The position numbers were made by a program, and so were the translations under genes. The notes under the pieces were generated by a model that was given only the letters and a program-made list of their open reading frames with translations, ran no database searches and was not told the DNA's origin. 64,000 bases of DNA from Candidatus Fervidifonticultor quintus (lineage in GTDB: Bacteria; Sysuimicrobiota; Sysuimicrobiia; Sysuimicrobiales; Humicultoraceae). Shown in pieces: positions 1 through 11,560 of the stretch; the stretch's first letter is position 1; each line of letters begins with the position of its first letter. The DNA lies in NCBI GenBank assembly GCA_031459535.1, contig JAVKIJ010000005.1:1-64000 (forward strand), read 5' to 3'.

Positions 1-2470
<2,470 letters not shown>

Positions 2471-2478
2471 GCCTCACC

Positions 2479-3453
2479 TCACAGTCCGTAGGCAATGCGG
2501 ACCACGCCGCCCTGGAAGTCCAGCTCGGGTTCGGCGCGGATGGCGCCGTCCACGTTGCATTCCTTCCAGCAGATGCCGCACCCCTTGCAGTAGTCATAGT
2601 TGATCCAGATCTTCTCGCCGCCCGGCCCGGGCATGCTGATGGCCGCATCCGGACAGAAGATCCAGCAGATGCCGCACGCCGTGCAGCGTTCCAGGTTGAT
2701 GACCGGCCGCAGCACGCGGTAGTTCCCGCTGATATGACCGGGGTTCGTACCGTTGGGCGCCGGCGCCCTGATGATCAGGTCCACGCGACCCCGGAATCCC
2801 TCGGCGGGGCGTTCCTCTTCGGCCCGACCGCGGTAGGCCGGGTTGGCAAACATCCGGACGGCCTCGAAGCCGCGTCGCAGGCCGGCGTGATCGGCTTCGG
2901 CCTCCATCAGCGCGTCCAGGGTCACCAGGCCCGTGACCCGGGCCACGGCGCCCAGGAGCGCACCGGCCGGTCCGGGGTCGCGCAGCCTGGCCTCGGCGGT
3001 GCCTTCGCCGGCGCCGTAGGGCAGCAGCGGCCGTGCGCCCGGGCCCGCGTCCACCGTCGCGATGGTCTGGAGCGCACCGGTGTCCACGTCGGCGAGGAAC
3101 CCCAGCATCTGCTCGGGCGTGTGGTCGGTATTGATGATCAGGGCCCCGGGCGCCCGCATCCCGTGCACGACGTCGCAGCCCTTCACCAGGGTCGCCTCCG
3201 TGACGATCACCACGGACGGCGCCTCGTTGATGTACAGGTAGGGCTCCAGGATGGGCTCGGCGCTGATGCGGGCGTACGAGCGGCACGGCACGTTCACCCG
3301 ATCGGGCGAGTCAGCGTAGTTGTCGAAGGCCTGGACGAACTTCCCCTGGCGGGACGCCGCCGCGGCCAGATCGGTGACGAGCCTGCGCCCCAGCCGCGCC
3401 TCCGTGACGCCCCGGTACCAGACCGTCACCTCGGTGATGACTCCGTCCCTCAT
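2479..3453 (-). CDS. Oxalate:ferredoxin oxidoreductase-like delta subunit (gamma domain + 2x[4Fe-4S] ferredoxin)
   Basis: ATG at 3453 overlaps the upstream stop (ATGA); VTVWYRG, GKFVQAFDNYADSPDRVNVPCRSYARIS; CTACGICWIFCPD and CKGCGICWKEC. Confidence 0.88.
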   Translation of the reverse strand: MRDGVITEVTVWYRGVTEARLGRRLVTDLAAAASRQGKFVQAFDNYADSPDRVNVPCRSYARISAEPILEPYLYINEAPSVVIVTEATLVKGCDVVHGMRAPGALIINTDHTPEQMLGFLADVDTGALQTIATVDAGPGARPLLPYGAGEGTAEARLRDPGPAGALLGAVARVTGLVTLDALMEAEADHAGLRRGFEAVRMFANPAYRGRAEEERPAEGFRGRVDLIIRAPAPNGTNPGHISGNYRVLRPVINLERCTACGICWIFCPDAAISMPGPGGEKIWINYDYCKGCGICWKECNVDGAIRAEPELDFQGGVVRIAYGL

Positions 3454-5525
3454 GAACACCCTCCCTTCGCAACCGGCCGGGATGCCGGTCTCCGTCGTGC
3501 TCCGGCCGCGGCCAGGGCCTGCTCTAGGTGCGCCATCTCCACGGTGCCACCCAGCGCCAGCGCCGATGCGTGCCTGCAGACCGCCTCGATCTCTTCGCCG
3601 CTCATGCCTTCGCTGCCGGCGGCCAGGGCATCCCAGTCGAGGCCAGGACGCGCCTGGAGCTTCAGCGTGAAGATCGCTCTTCGTTCGGCCTCTGTCGGAA
3701 GCGCGAACGGCACCACGATCTCGAACGCCTGCGCCACCGCCGGGTCCACCAGCTCTGGACGGTCGGTGGTGGCCACGATGACGAGCCCCCACGTGCGCCT
3801 GGCCTCACGCATTTCGCGCAGGAGCTTGGTCACCAGGCGGACGCTGACCCCCGCGGCCTCGGACGAACGAGCCGGCGCGATGGCGTCCAGCCCCTCCAGC
3901 AGCAATAGGCATGGAGCGGCGTGGTGGCTCACCCGGAAGATCTCCGCGACAGCGCGTTCCGTCTCCCCGGGCCATCTGGAGAGGACCAGCGACGGTTCCA
4001 GCTCGATGACTGACATCCCCAGTTGTCCGGCGACCGCCCGGGCCAGCAGGTTCTTGCCCACCCCGGGAGGCCCGGAGAACAAGTACGTCTGTGGAAACAC
4101 CAGCGGCTCGCGCGCCAGTAGGGAGCGGCGCATGGGTTCGATGAGCGTGGCGGTCAGCCGGGTTTTCGTAGCCTCCAGCCCGGCTACATCGTCGAACGTC
4201 ACACCGGGACGCTCGGCACGCAACTCCCGGGTGGCGGCCGGCTCCACCTCGCGGAGGGCCTCCTCAAAATCGGCCGCGGCCACGGTAAGCCGCGCCGAGG
4301 TTTCTCCACCGTCCAGCTCAAGCGTGGGCAGCACGCGCCGCAGTGCTGCCATGGCCGCTTCTTTGCAGAGGATCTCTAGGTCGGCGCCCACGAATCCGCC
4401 GGAGACCTCAGCTAGGCGGCGCAGGTCGACATCGGAGGCCAGGGGCATGTCACGGGTGTGGATGCGCAGGATCTCCAGGCGCTCGTCTTCGTCCGGCACC
4501 CGGGTCACCAGCTCCCGATCGAAGCGCCCCGGGCGCCTCAGTGCCGGGTCCAGCAGGTCGGGCATGTTGGTGGCACCGATGACGATGACCTGCCCCCGGG
4601 CCACCAGGCCGTCCATGAGCGCCAGCAGCTGGCCGACGACGCGCTTCTCCACCTCGCCGGCCACCACCGTGCGCTTGGGCGCGATGGCATCGAGCTCGTC
4701 CAGGAAAATGATGGACGGCGCCTCGCGTTCGGCCTCTTCGAAGATGGCACGGAGTCGCGCTTCACTCTCGCCGTAGTACTTGTGCATGATCTCCGGCCCG
4801 TTGACGTGAATGAAGTGCGCCCGGACCTCATTGGCCAGCGCGCGGGCGATCAGGGTCTTGCCAGTACCGGGCGGGCCGCAGAGCAACAGACCCTTCGGTG
4901 GGTCGATGCCCAGTTTCAGGAACAGCTCGGGGTAACGGAGCGGCAGCTCCACCATCTCGCGCACGCGTTGCAGCTCACGCTTGAGTCCCCCGATATCTTC
5001 ATAGACACAAGTGGGACGCGGGGGTGTTTGCAGGTCGGCGGGCACAATGGCCACGGCGGTCGTCGGAGTGATGACGACCGTTCCTTCCGGCGCGGCGCCG
5101 GTGACGAGCAGCCGGACGCCTCGCCCGAAGCGGCGCACCGTGAGCTGGGTGCCGGGCATCACGGGACGTCCGGCCAGGAGCCGGGCCACATCCGGTCCCG
5201 GGGACACGTCCAGGTTGCCTGCGCCCGCCGCCGGCCCGAACCGCGTGAGCACCACGGCGGTGGCTGGCCGGGCCGGCTCGGGCGCCACCGTCACCACGCT
5301 CCCGATGGCCGCGTCGGCATCGGCGCGGAGATACCCGTCCACCCGGATAACGCCCTGCTCATCCCCGGCGACGGCGCGGGCGACGGCCGTGCCGCGCCCG
5401 CTGATCCGGATGACCAGGCCCTCCGCGTCGCCCACACCGCTCACGTCGGCGGGATGTACACGCGCGATGCCCCGATCGACATCCTCGACGCGGGCCTCGC
5501 GCACTCGCAATCTAGTGGCTGCCAT
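3450..5525 (-). CDS. Cdc48/VAT-family AAA+ ATPase (N-domain, intact D1, degenerate D2)
   Basis: N-domain LRVREARVEDVDRGIARV; D1 has GPPGTGKT, KYYGE, IIFLDELD, DPALRRPGRFDR; D2 has GPPGVGKN, LLLLEGLD, DPAVAQAFE. Confidence 0.92.
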   Translation of the reverse strand: MAATRLRVREARVEDVDRGIARVHPADVSGVGDAEGLVIRISGRGTAVARAVAGDEQGVIRVDGYLRADADAAIGSVVTVAPEPARPATAVVLTRFGPAAGAGNLDVSPGPDVARLLAGRPVMPGTQLTVRRFGRGVRLLVTGAAPEGTVVITPTTAVAIVPADLQTPPRPTCVYEDIGGLKRELQRVREMVELPLRYPELFLKLGIDPPKGLLLCGPPGTGKTLIARALANEVRAHFIHVNGPEIMHKYYGESEARLRAIFEEAEREAPSIIFLDELDAIAPKRTVVAGEVEKRVVGQLLALMDGLVARGQVIVIGATNMPDLLDPALRRPGRFDRELVTRVPDEDERLEILRIHTRDMPLASDVDLRRLAEVSGGFVGADLEILCKEAAMAALRRVLPTLELDGGETSARLTVAAADFEEALREVEPAATRELRAERPGVTFDDVAGLEATKTRLTATLIEPMRRSLLAREPLVFPQTYLFSGPPGVGKNLLARAVAGQLGMSVIELEPSLVLSRWPGETERAVAEIFRVSHHAAPCLLLLEGLDAIAPARSSEAAGVSVRLVTKLLREMREARRTWGLVIVATTDRPELVDPAVAQAFEIVVPFALPTEAERRAIFTLKLQARPGLDWDALAAGSEGMSGEEIEAVCRHASALALGGTVEMAHLEQALAAAGARRRPASRPVAKGGCS

Positions 5526-6270
5526 GAGCCCGCCGGGCCTCGCTGCTCAGGATAAACCGCGTCACCTCATCGAGGTGGGCCGCCATGGCCGCTTCCGCCG
5601 CAGCGGCATCGCCGTCCCGCACGGCGGCCAGGATGCGCCGGTGAGCTTCCAGCGAGGCCTGGTTCCTGGCCCGCGACTGCAACAGACGCCCGCGCGTGCT
5701 CTGGATCAGGTCCATGCAGCGCGCGGTGACCCGGACGAAGACCGGATTCTTGGTGGCCGCCGCCAGCGCGTGGTGGAACTGCGTGTCCTCGTCTGCAGCA
5801 GGCTCGCCGCGCTGCACCTTGCGGGCCGCACGTGCCAGGATCGCCTCCATGTCCCTGATCTCTGCGGAGGTGGCCCGTCGTGCAGCCGTGGCGGCGATCG
5901 ACGGCTCCAGGGCCTTGCGAAACTCCATGATGTCCAGCACCGACTGGCCGCCTGCCGACAGGACCGCCACCAGGGCGCCTGCGAGCTTCTCGGTGCTGGA
6001 CTCCCTGATCACGGTGCCCCGGCCGGGCCTGGGTTCCAGCACGCCCTTGATCGTCAGAATGCGGATCGCCTCGCGCAGCGACGCCCGGCTCACGCCCAGG
6101 GCGCGCGCTAGGTCACGCTCCGGCGGGAGCCTTGCGCCCTCGACGGTGCCTCGCTCCCGTACCAGAACCTCCAGGCGAGGCAGGATCTCTTCGTACAGCG
6201 GAGACTTGCGAACCGGTCGGAGCGCTCTCGACTTCAGGAGCACGTCGCGCGGAGCGGCGCGGGTACGCAT
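5512..6270 (-). CDS. FadR-subfamily GntR transcriptional regulator
   Basis: wHTH LPPERDLARALGVSRASLREA plus FCD domain (DTQFHHALA, EAHRRIL, HLDEV). Confidence 0.93.
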   Translation of the reverse strand: MRTRAAPRDVLLKSRALRPVRKSPLYEEILPRLEVLVRERGTVEGARLPPERDLARALGVSRASLREAIRILTIKGVLEPRPGRGTVIRESSTEKLAGALVAVLSAGGQSVLDIMEFRKALEPSIAATAARRATSAEIRDMEAILARAARKVQRGEPAADEDTQFHHALAAATKNPVFVRVTARCMDLIQSTRGRLLQSRARNQASLEAHRRILAAVRDGDAAAAEAAMAAHLDEVTRFILSSEARRAHGSH

Positions 6271-6272
6271 CG

Positions 6273-6292
6273 TGGTCAGACCTTCCGACCAA
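6273..6292. promoter_or_regulatory. Putative FadR operator TGGTC-N9-GACCA
   Basis: tggtcagaccttccgaccaa immediately upstream of the FadR start; a similar site is at 57073-57092. Confidence 0.65.
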
Positions 6293-6330
6293 GATGCTAG
6301 TGGGAGTGCGGCGCGGCTGGAATCGGGTCG

Positions 6331-6765
6331 CTAGTGTATGCAGCCTCGGTGGTGTCCCCGACGGGAGTAGCCTCGGCGCAGAGGCCCGGGTATAGCCCGG
6401 GGGCATGCATTGCGGACGAGCAGATCGAACTCTGAACCAGTGCACGGAGGTGGCGGTCCCCACGAGGGTGACAATGACGATTGCAGTGTTGAACGAGGCC
6501 GTCGATCTTGGCCACGAGGTCTCGGACGCTACGGAACGTCTCCCGACGACCGACACGCTGCATGATGACGTTGAACCAGCTTTCCACCCGGTTGAGCCAG
6601 GAGGCATAGGTCGGGGTGTAGGGCGCGTGACGAGCTTCTTGCGGACGGAGGCATCGATATGGTGCAAGAACTGCAAGAACTCCCGGTGACGATGCTGGCA
6701 CCTACACCGGGTGAGCGCCCGGCCAGGGGGCAATGTCCAGCGCCGCGAACAACGTAGTGGAGCGC
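6331..6765 (-). pseudogene. IS630 transposase C-terminal fragment (frameshifted, internally deleted)
   Basis: DDE_3 C-terminal signature TPTYASWLNRVExWF and R.TF.SV.DL; upstream motifs lie in other frames. Confidence 0.8.
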
Positions 6766-6858
6766 GCCGAAGTACGGCGCAAACTCTCTGAAATCGTCGA
6801 GGCAGGCACAGCAAGAGTGCCTCCGCGCGACAAGATCTCTCAACCGGGAGGTGTGCGA

Positions 6859-8238
6859 ATGTTCCCCCAATTCCACCGGTCGGTTCTCAGCGGGATCATC
6901 GCGGTGGCCGTGGCTTTGACGTGGACAGCGGGCCCAACGGTCAATCCCGCCGGCGCGCAGGCGCCGCCTGTCATAAAGGCCGGTGGCCTCTTCACGTTTC
7001 ACGGCGACTGGTCCAAGATCCCGGCGGCGACCATCACGGTCTTCTATCCGGCGCAGTCCTCCTGGCAATTCCTGACCAGCGGCTCGCACCCCGGCAATAA
7101 GGAGGTGCTCGCCGGTACCAGATGTCAGACCTGTCACCAGGATCAGGAGAAGACGCTCGGAGAACGGCTCGTCAAGGGTGGGGCCAGGGAGCCCGACCCG
7201 GTCGCGGGCAAACGAGGCTCCGTGGACGTGTCGGCCCGTGCCGCGTTCGACGACCAGTACATCTACTTACGATTCGAGTGGGCAGCCCCGCGACCGGGGG
7301 TGGGCCACGAGTTGTGGCGGTTCGACGGATCGCGATGGGTGCCGTGGGGCGGTCCGAAACCCGAAGCGACCAAGCGCAATATTCCCGCCAGTTATGAGGA
7401 TCGACTGGCGTTGATGCTCACTGAGCGGAATGTCCCGGCGGCTGATCACGCTCAGACTGGATTCAACCAGGCTGGATGCTTCATTGCCTGCCACAACAGC
7501 ATGCGCAACATGCCGAACGCGGTCACTGGCGATCGGGTGCGGAACCATCCGTACCTCGGCACGGGCGGGCTCGGCGTCTCGGACATCCGACATTACCTCC
7601 TCCTCACCCGGGCTGCGACCGACGAGACCGGCGGGTGGGACAAGGTCAAGACAGCAACTGAGATCGAACGGCTGAAGGCCGAGGGATCCTTCCTCGACCT
7701 GTGGCAGTGGCGAGCCTTCCGGTCGGGCCCGCTCGGGTACGCCACCGACGACTACGTGCTGGATTATCGCCTGACCGACGCGGGCAGGTACCCGTATACA
7801 ACTCCCGCGCGTCCCTCGTTCATGTACGATCAGACCAAGACGGGATTCCGGGCGATTCCCGAAGCCCGCTACACGGAATTACTGCCCCAGCTACCGTTGA
7901 TCATGGGAGTCAACGCAGTGCCACTCGATCCTTCCGCCAGTTTCGCAGTCGGGGATCTCCTGCCACGGCCCATCCTTCGCACCCCCGAAGGCAGCGCCGC
8001 TGATATCATGGCCAACGCGTCATGGCAGAACGGGCGATGGGTAGTAGAACTTCGCCGCAAACTCGTGACCGGCAACGCGGACGACAAACCGCTCAAACCC
8101 GGTCGCGTCTACAGGTTCGGGATAGCGTTGTTCGACGACAACGTGGAGAGTAGGTATCACCTCATCTCGTTCGTCCATACGCTCGGCTTGGGAGAGAAGA
8201 CGACCGCGACGGTGCGCGCCGTGCGGGTCGGCCGCTAA
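6859..8238 (+). CDS. Exported heme protein: c-type heme motif plus ethylbenzene-dehydrogenase-gamma-like (DOMON) domain
   Basis: GGGAGG RBS and ATG at 6859; signal peptide ending AGA-QA; CQTCH and CFIACH; YIYLRFEW, YEDRLALM, DLWQWRA and WVVELRRKL typical of the EB_dh family. Confidence 0.8.
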   Translation: MFPQFHRSVLSGIIAVAVALTWTAGPTVNPAGAQAPPVIKAGGLFTFHGDWSKIPAATITVFYPAQSSWQFLTSGSHPGNKEVLAGTRCQTCHQDQEKTLGERLVKGGAREPDPVAGKRGSVDVSARAAFDDQYIYLRFEWAAPRPGVGHELWRFDGSRWVPWGGPKPEATKRNIPASYEDRLALMLTERNVPAADHAQTGFNQAGCFIACHNSMRNMPNAVTGDRVRNHPYLGTGGLGVSDIRHYLLLTRAATDETGGWDKVKTATEIERLKAEGSFLDLWQWRAFRSGPLGYATDDYVLDYRLTDAGRYPYTTPARPSFMYDQTKTGFRAIPEARYTELLPQLPLIMGVNAVPLDPSASFAVGDLLPRPILRTPEGSAADIMANASWQNGRWVVELRRKLVTGNADDKPLKPGRVYRFGIALFDDNVESRYHLISFVHTLGLGEKTTATVRAVRVGR

Positions 8239-8441
8239 GGACTGCAGCGTCTGGTAGGGCACGGTGTGAGTCACTCGCGAGACGGCCATGAGAACGGATG
8301 ATCGAAACGAGCTGGTCCCGCTCGGAAGGCGACAACGTCAACTCGGGCATCGGTCGGCCTCTAGGTGTGGGCTGCTTCCTTCCCCCAACGAGGAGCCTAC
8401 GCCGGGCGACTAAATAGTCAGGTTATTCTCGGGACGCTACA

Positions 8442-8792
8442 CTAGGCCCGCGTGGCTTGCCGCCGTCCGCCGAGCCAGCGGTTGGCCCACCTCTGGACTT
8501 CGTCCACCACCCGCTTGAGATCGCGGCCCTTCTCGGTGAGCTCGTACTCAACCCGGACAGGGGTCTCAGGGTACACCCGGCGGGCGACGATGCCTTCGGC
8601 TTCGAGCTCTTTGAGGCGCTCGGACAGCAGCCGGTCATGGAGCCCCGGGACCACACCGAGGAGATCGGAGAACCGCCGAGGGCCGTCCAGCAGCGCACGG
8701 ATTAGAGCCCCGGTCCACCGTTTGCCGACCAGTTCGATGGCGCGGTGATAGAGTGGGCAGATCCGGTGCATCTTCTCTGTGCGACGGCCCAT
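8442..8792 (-). CDS. HxlR/YodB-family (DUF24) redox-sensing regulator
   Basis: ICPLYHRAIELVGKRW, RRFSDL, LSERLKELE, PVRVEYELTEKG; N-terminal sensor Cys. Confidence 0.92.
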   Translation of the reverse strand: MGRRTEKMHRICPLYHRAIELVGKRWTGALIRALLDGPRRFSDLLGVVPGLHDRLLSERLKELEAEGIVARRVYPETPVRVEYELTEKGRDLKRVVDEVQRWANRWLGGRRQATRA

Positions 8793-8830
8793 GTTGCCTC
8801 CACAGCGCAGGCTAACACAGGAGAAGAGAC

Positions 8831-8879
8831 TTGACAAGCAGAAGGAGCCTCGCCATAATGGGCCTACTAAACACAAGTA
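8831..8879 (+). promoter_or_regulatory. Sigma70 promoter with YodB-type operator
   Basis: TTGACA (8831) - N17 - CATAAT (8854); TACT-N7-AGTA at 8865-8879 over the predicted start site. Confidence 0.75.
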
Positions 8880-8923
8880 ACTACCTCCAAGAAAGTAGTC
8901 TCTGGCAGAGGAGGACGAGGAGC

Positions 8924-9454
8924 ATGCAGTGGACCATCGACCCCAGCCATACCAGCCTGGAGTTCGCGGTGCGGCATATGGGTCTCTCGACCGTGCGGGG
9001 GCGCTTCCGGAAGCTCAGCGGGGCCGTCCAGGTCGAGGATGGGACGCTGAGGGCCATCGAGGCGACAATCGATGCGGCCAGCATCGACACCGCAGAAGCG
9101 CAGCGGGACGATCACCTGCGTTCTCCGGATTTCCTCCACGTCGCCAAGTACCCCGTAATCACTTTTCGAAGTACGACAGTGGAAGCCCGGGGCCGGGGGC
9201 GGTATCTGGTGACCGGAGAACTCACGTTGCGGGGCGAGGCGCGCACCGTCACCTTTGACGTCGAGACCACAGAGCCTGTGACCAATCCCTGGGGGAACCG
9301 CCGGGCCGGGGCGACTGCCAGTGGCACGCTGAACCGGAAAGACTGGGGGCTCACCTGGAACAAAGTGCTCGAGTTCGGTGCCCTCCTGGTCGGCGAGGAG
9401 ATTCACTTCACTTTGAACGTCGAGGCGACGACACCGCTCCAGGTCGCGGCCTAG
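8924..9454 (+). CDS. yceI: YceI-family protein
   Basis: WTIDPSHTSLEFAVRHMGLSTVRGRF, RDDHLRSPDF, LNRKDWGLTWN; GAGGAG RBS. Confidence 0.93.
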   Translation: MQWTIDPSHTSLEFAVRHMGLSTVRGRFRKLSGAVQVEDGTLRAIEATIDAASIDTAEAQRDDHLRSPDFLHVAKYPVITFRSTTVEARGRGRYLVTGELTLRGEARTVTFDVETTEPVTNPWGNRRAGATASGTLNRKDWGLTWNKVLEFGALLVGEEIHFTLNVEATTPLQVAA

Positions 9455-9456
9455 GC

Positions 9457-10350
9457 ATGGCCACGCCCCGGTTGCCCGCACTTGCCCTTGGCGGCTCTGT
9501 ATCCCTGGGCCCGGTCAGCCTCACGGTGAGGTCACTCGAGCGGTCACTGGGGTTCTATTGCGACATCCTGGGGTGCCGCATCCGCCGACGCGACGCCACG
9601 ATGGTCGAGGTAGGCACCGAGCAGACCACGCTGCTCGAGCTCTGGGAGCGGCCTCAAGCCAAGCCGCGCCCGCCCCGCACCACGGGCCTCTACCATGTCG
9701 CGTTCCTCCTACCGACTCAGGCCGATCTGGCCCGTGCGCTCCAGCGTCTCGTGGCGCTGCGCTACCCGATCGAGGGAGCGTCCGACCATCTGGTCAGCGA
9801 GGCGGTCTATCTGGCCGACCCCGACGGGCATGGCATGGAGATTTACGCCGACCGGCCGCGGGATGCCTGGCCGTACCGGAACGGCCTGTTGGAGATGGCC
9901 ACGGTCGCCCTCGATGTGGACGACCTGATGAGCGCGTTGAAAGCCGATCCCCGGCCGTGGACCGGTCTGCCGGAGGGCACGCGCATCGGCCACGTCCACC
10001 TGCGGGTCGCCGATCTGGACGCGGCAGAGGCATTCTACCGCGACGTGCTCGGCTTCGACCTCATGGCGCGCTACGGTGAGGGCGCCTGCTTCCTCTCGGC
10101 TGGCGGGTACCACCACCACATCGGGCTGAACACCTGGGCAGGAGTCGGCGCGCCGCCCCCGCCGCGGGGCGCGATCGGGCTCAGACACTTCAGCGTCGTG
10201 CTGCCCGGCGAGGCACAGTTCGGCGCGGTGGCAGACCGGGTGCGAGCTGCAGGGATCACGGTCCTGGAGCATCCGAGTGGCCTGCTGGCCCGCGACCCGT
10301 CGCACAACGGCGTGCTCCTTACCACGCCGACGCGGGCAAGTCCCGCATAG
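9457..10350 (+). CDS. catE: CatE-like catechol 2,3-dioxygenase / VOC-family protein
   Basis: TGLYHVAFLLP, ASDHLVSEAVYLADPDGHGMEIYADRP, IGHVHL, AGGYHHHIGLNTW. Confidence 0.88.
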   Translation: MATPRLPALALGGSVSLGPVSLTVRSLERSLGFYCDILGCRIRRRDATMVEVGTEQTTLLELWERPQAKPRPPRTTGLYHVAFLLPTQADLARALQRLVALRYPIEGASDHLVSEAVYLADPDGHGMEIYADRPRDAWPYRNGLLEMATVALDVDDLMSALKADPRPWTGLPEGTRIGHVHLRVADLDAAEAFYRDVLGFDLMARYGEGACFLSAGGYHHHIGLNTWAGVGAPPPPRGAIGLRHFSVVLPGEAQFGAVADRVRAAGITVLEHPSGLLARDPSHNGVLLTTPTRASPA

Positions 10351-10361
10351 CCCGGGGCGGG

Positions 10362-11417
10362 TCAGGACAGCGTGAACGCCTCGTGGACCGCCGAGGGCTG
10401 GCTGCCGCCCGTCGTCAGGCCTCCTGCGGGGACGTAGATCGCGTTTCCCACGGTGACCGCGCCGGTGCCGTGCCGTGGCGTTCGCATGGGCGCCATCACG
10501 GTCCACCGATCCGTAGCGGGATCGTACGCCTCGTTGTCGGGGAACACGTGCCCCGTGGTCTCGCCGCCTACCACGAAGATGCGTCCGCCGAGTGCGGCTG
10601 CCGCCACGCCGCTGCGCGGGGTGGGCAACGGCGCCCGCAACTCCCACTTGTCGGTCCTTGGATCGTAGAGGTGGTGCAGACTGGTGTTGTTGGCGAACGT
10701 GGTGAATCGGCCACCGATGGCGTGGATCTTGCCATCCACCACGACCAGGCCGAGATGATCACGGCCGTTGGGCAGCGGAGCCCGCTCGCTCCACGAGTCG
10801 GTCTCTGGATCGTAGACATCGTGGGCTCCGACGCTGGCCTCGTCGCGTCCACCAACCAAGTGCAGTCGCCCGTCGAGCATGACCACGGACATGGCTCCGC
10901 GCCTCGCGCGGAGGGGCCTGATGGCCCGCCAGTGGTCCTGCGACGCGTCGTACTCATAGGCGTCGCTGATGGGGTTGCGGTTCTGCTCGATGAATCCCCC
11001 AAATGCGTAGATCCTGCCACGCAAGCCCACGACCCCCACGTGATTCAGCCCGCGCGGCATCGGAGCCAGGTCGCGCCACCGGTCGGTAGCCGGATCGTAT
11101 TCCTGATTGAACGGCTGATCCACACGGCCCATGGCATAGCCTCCGAGCACGTACACCTTCCCGTTGAGCTCCGCGACGCCCACCTCAGTACGAGGAAACG
11201 GAAGCTGCGCTCGTGGGAGCCATCGTCCACCGCCGGTCTGAGCCAGATCGAACGGAACCGCACCGGCTCGGACCGGGGCCACCGAGCCCTCTCGCCATCC
11301 CACCGGCAGTCCAGCGATCGCGGCGGTCCACGCCAGTGCGGCCGCGCGCCGCACGAACTCCCGGCGCGTCGCGCGGCTGTCATCGCGTCCGCTGCATCCA
11401 CACTCGAGGCTGTGCAT
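10362..11417 (-). CDS. Tat-exported kelch-repeat beta-propeller protein
   Basis: TRREFV Tat motif; six kelch repeats (G..Y..GG ... YDP.TD.W). Confidence 0.88.
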   Translation of the reverse strand: MHSLECGCSGRDDSRATRREFVRRAAALAWTAAIAGLPVGWREGSVAPVRAGAVPFDLAQTGGGRWLPRAQLPFPRTEVGVAELNGKVYVLGGYAMGRVDQPFNQEYDPATDRWRDLAPMPRGLNHVGVVGLRGRIYAFGGFIEQNRNPISDAYEYDASQDHWRAIRPLRARRGAMSVVMLDGRLHLVGGRDEASVGAHDVYDPETDSWSERAPLPNGRDHLGLVVVDGKIHAIGGRFTTFANNTSLHHLYDPRTDKWELRAPLPTPRSGVAAAALGGRIFVVGGETTGHVFPDNEAYDPATDRWTVMAPMRTPRHGTGAVTVGNAIYVPAGGLTTGGSQPSAVHEAFTLS

Positions 11418-11560
11418 GCGACTCACCCCCCGTTTGGCCATCCCTGTTCACCGTGCGGGCGGCTGGCCCTCCTGGCGGGGCTCCACGGCCAGACCACCTT
11501 GCGTCGTCCGAGCGGGCAGGAAATGAGTGGATCACTGATCTGGTGTGGTACGCTTCAAGG

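Larger units (their letters stand above)
6331..8445 (-). mobile_element. Decayed IS630-family element interrupted by a cargo gene
   Basis: Ends CTAGTGTA (6331) and TACACTAG (8438-8445). Minus-strand transposase remnants: N-terminal MPELTLSPSERDQLVSIIRS from 8350, and C-terminal pieces TTLFAALDIA, HRHREFLQFLHHID and TPTYASWLNRVESWFNVI...FRSVRDL at about 6765-6400 in different frames. Confidence 0.7.

Noticed and set aside
3454-3792. N-terminal extension of the OOR delta subunit in the ORF track
   Set aside because: Overlaps the Cdc48 gene in another frame; the ATG at 3453 with ATGA coupling fits the family start.
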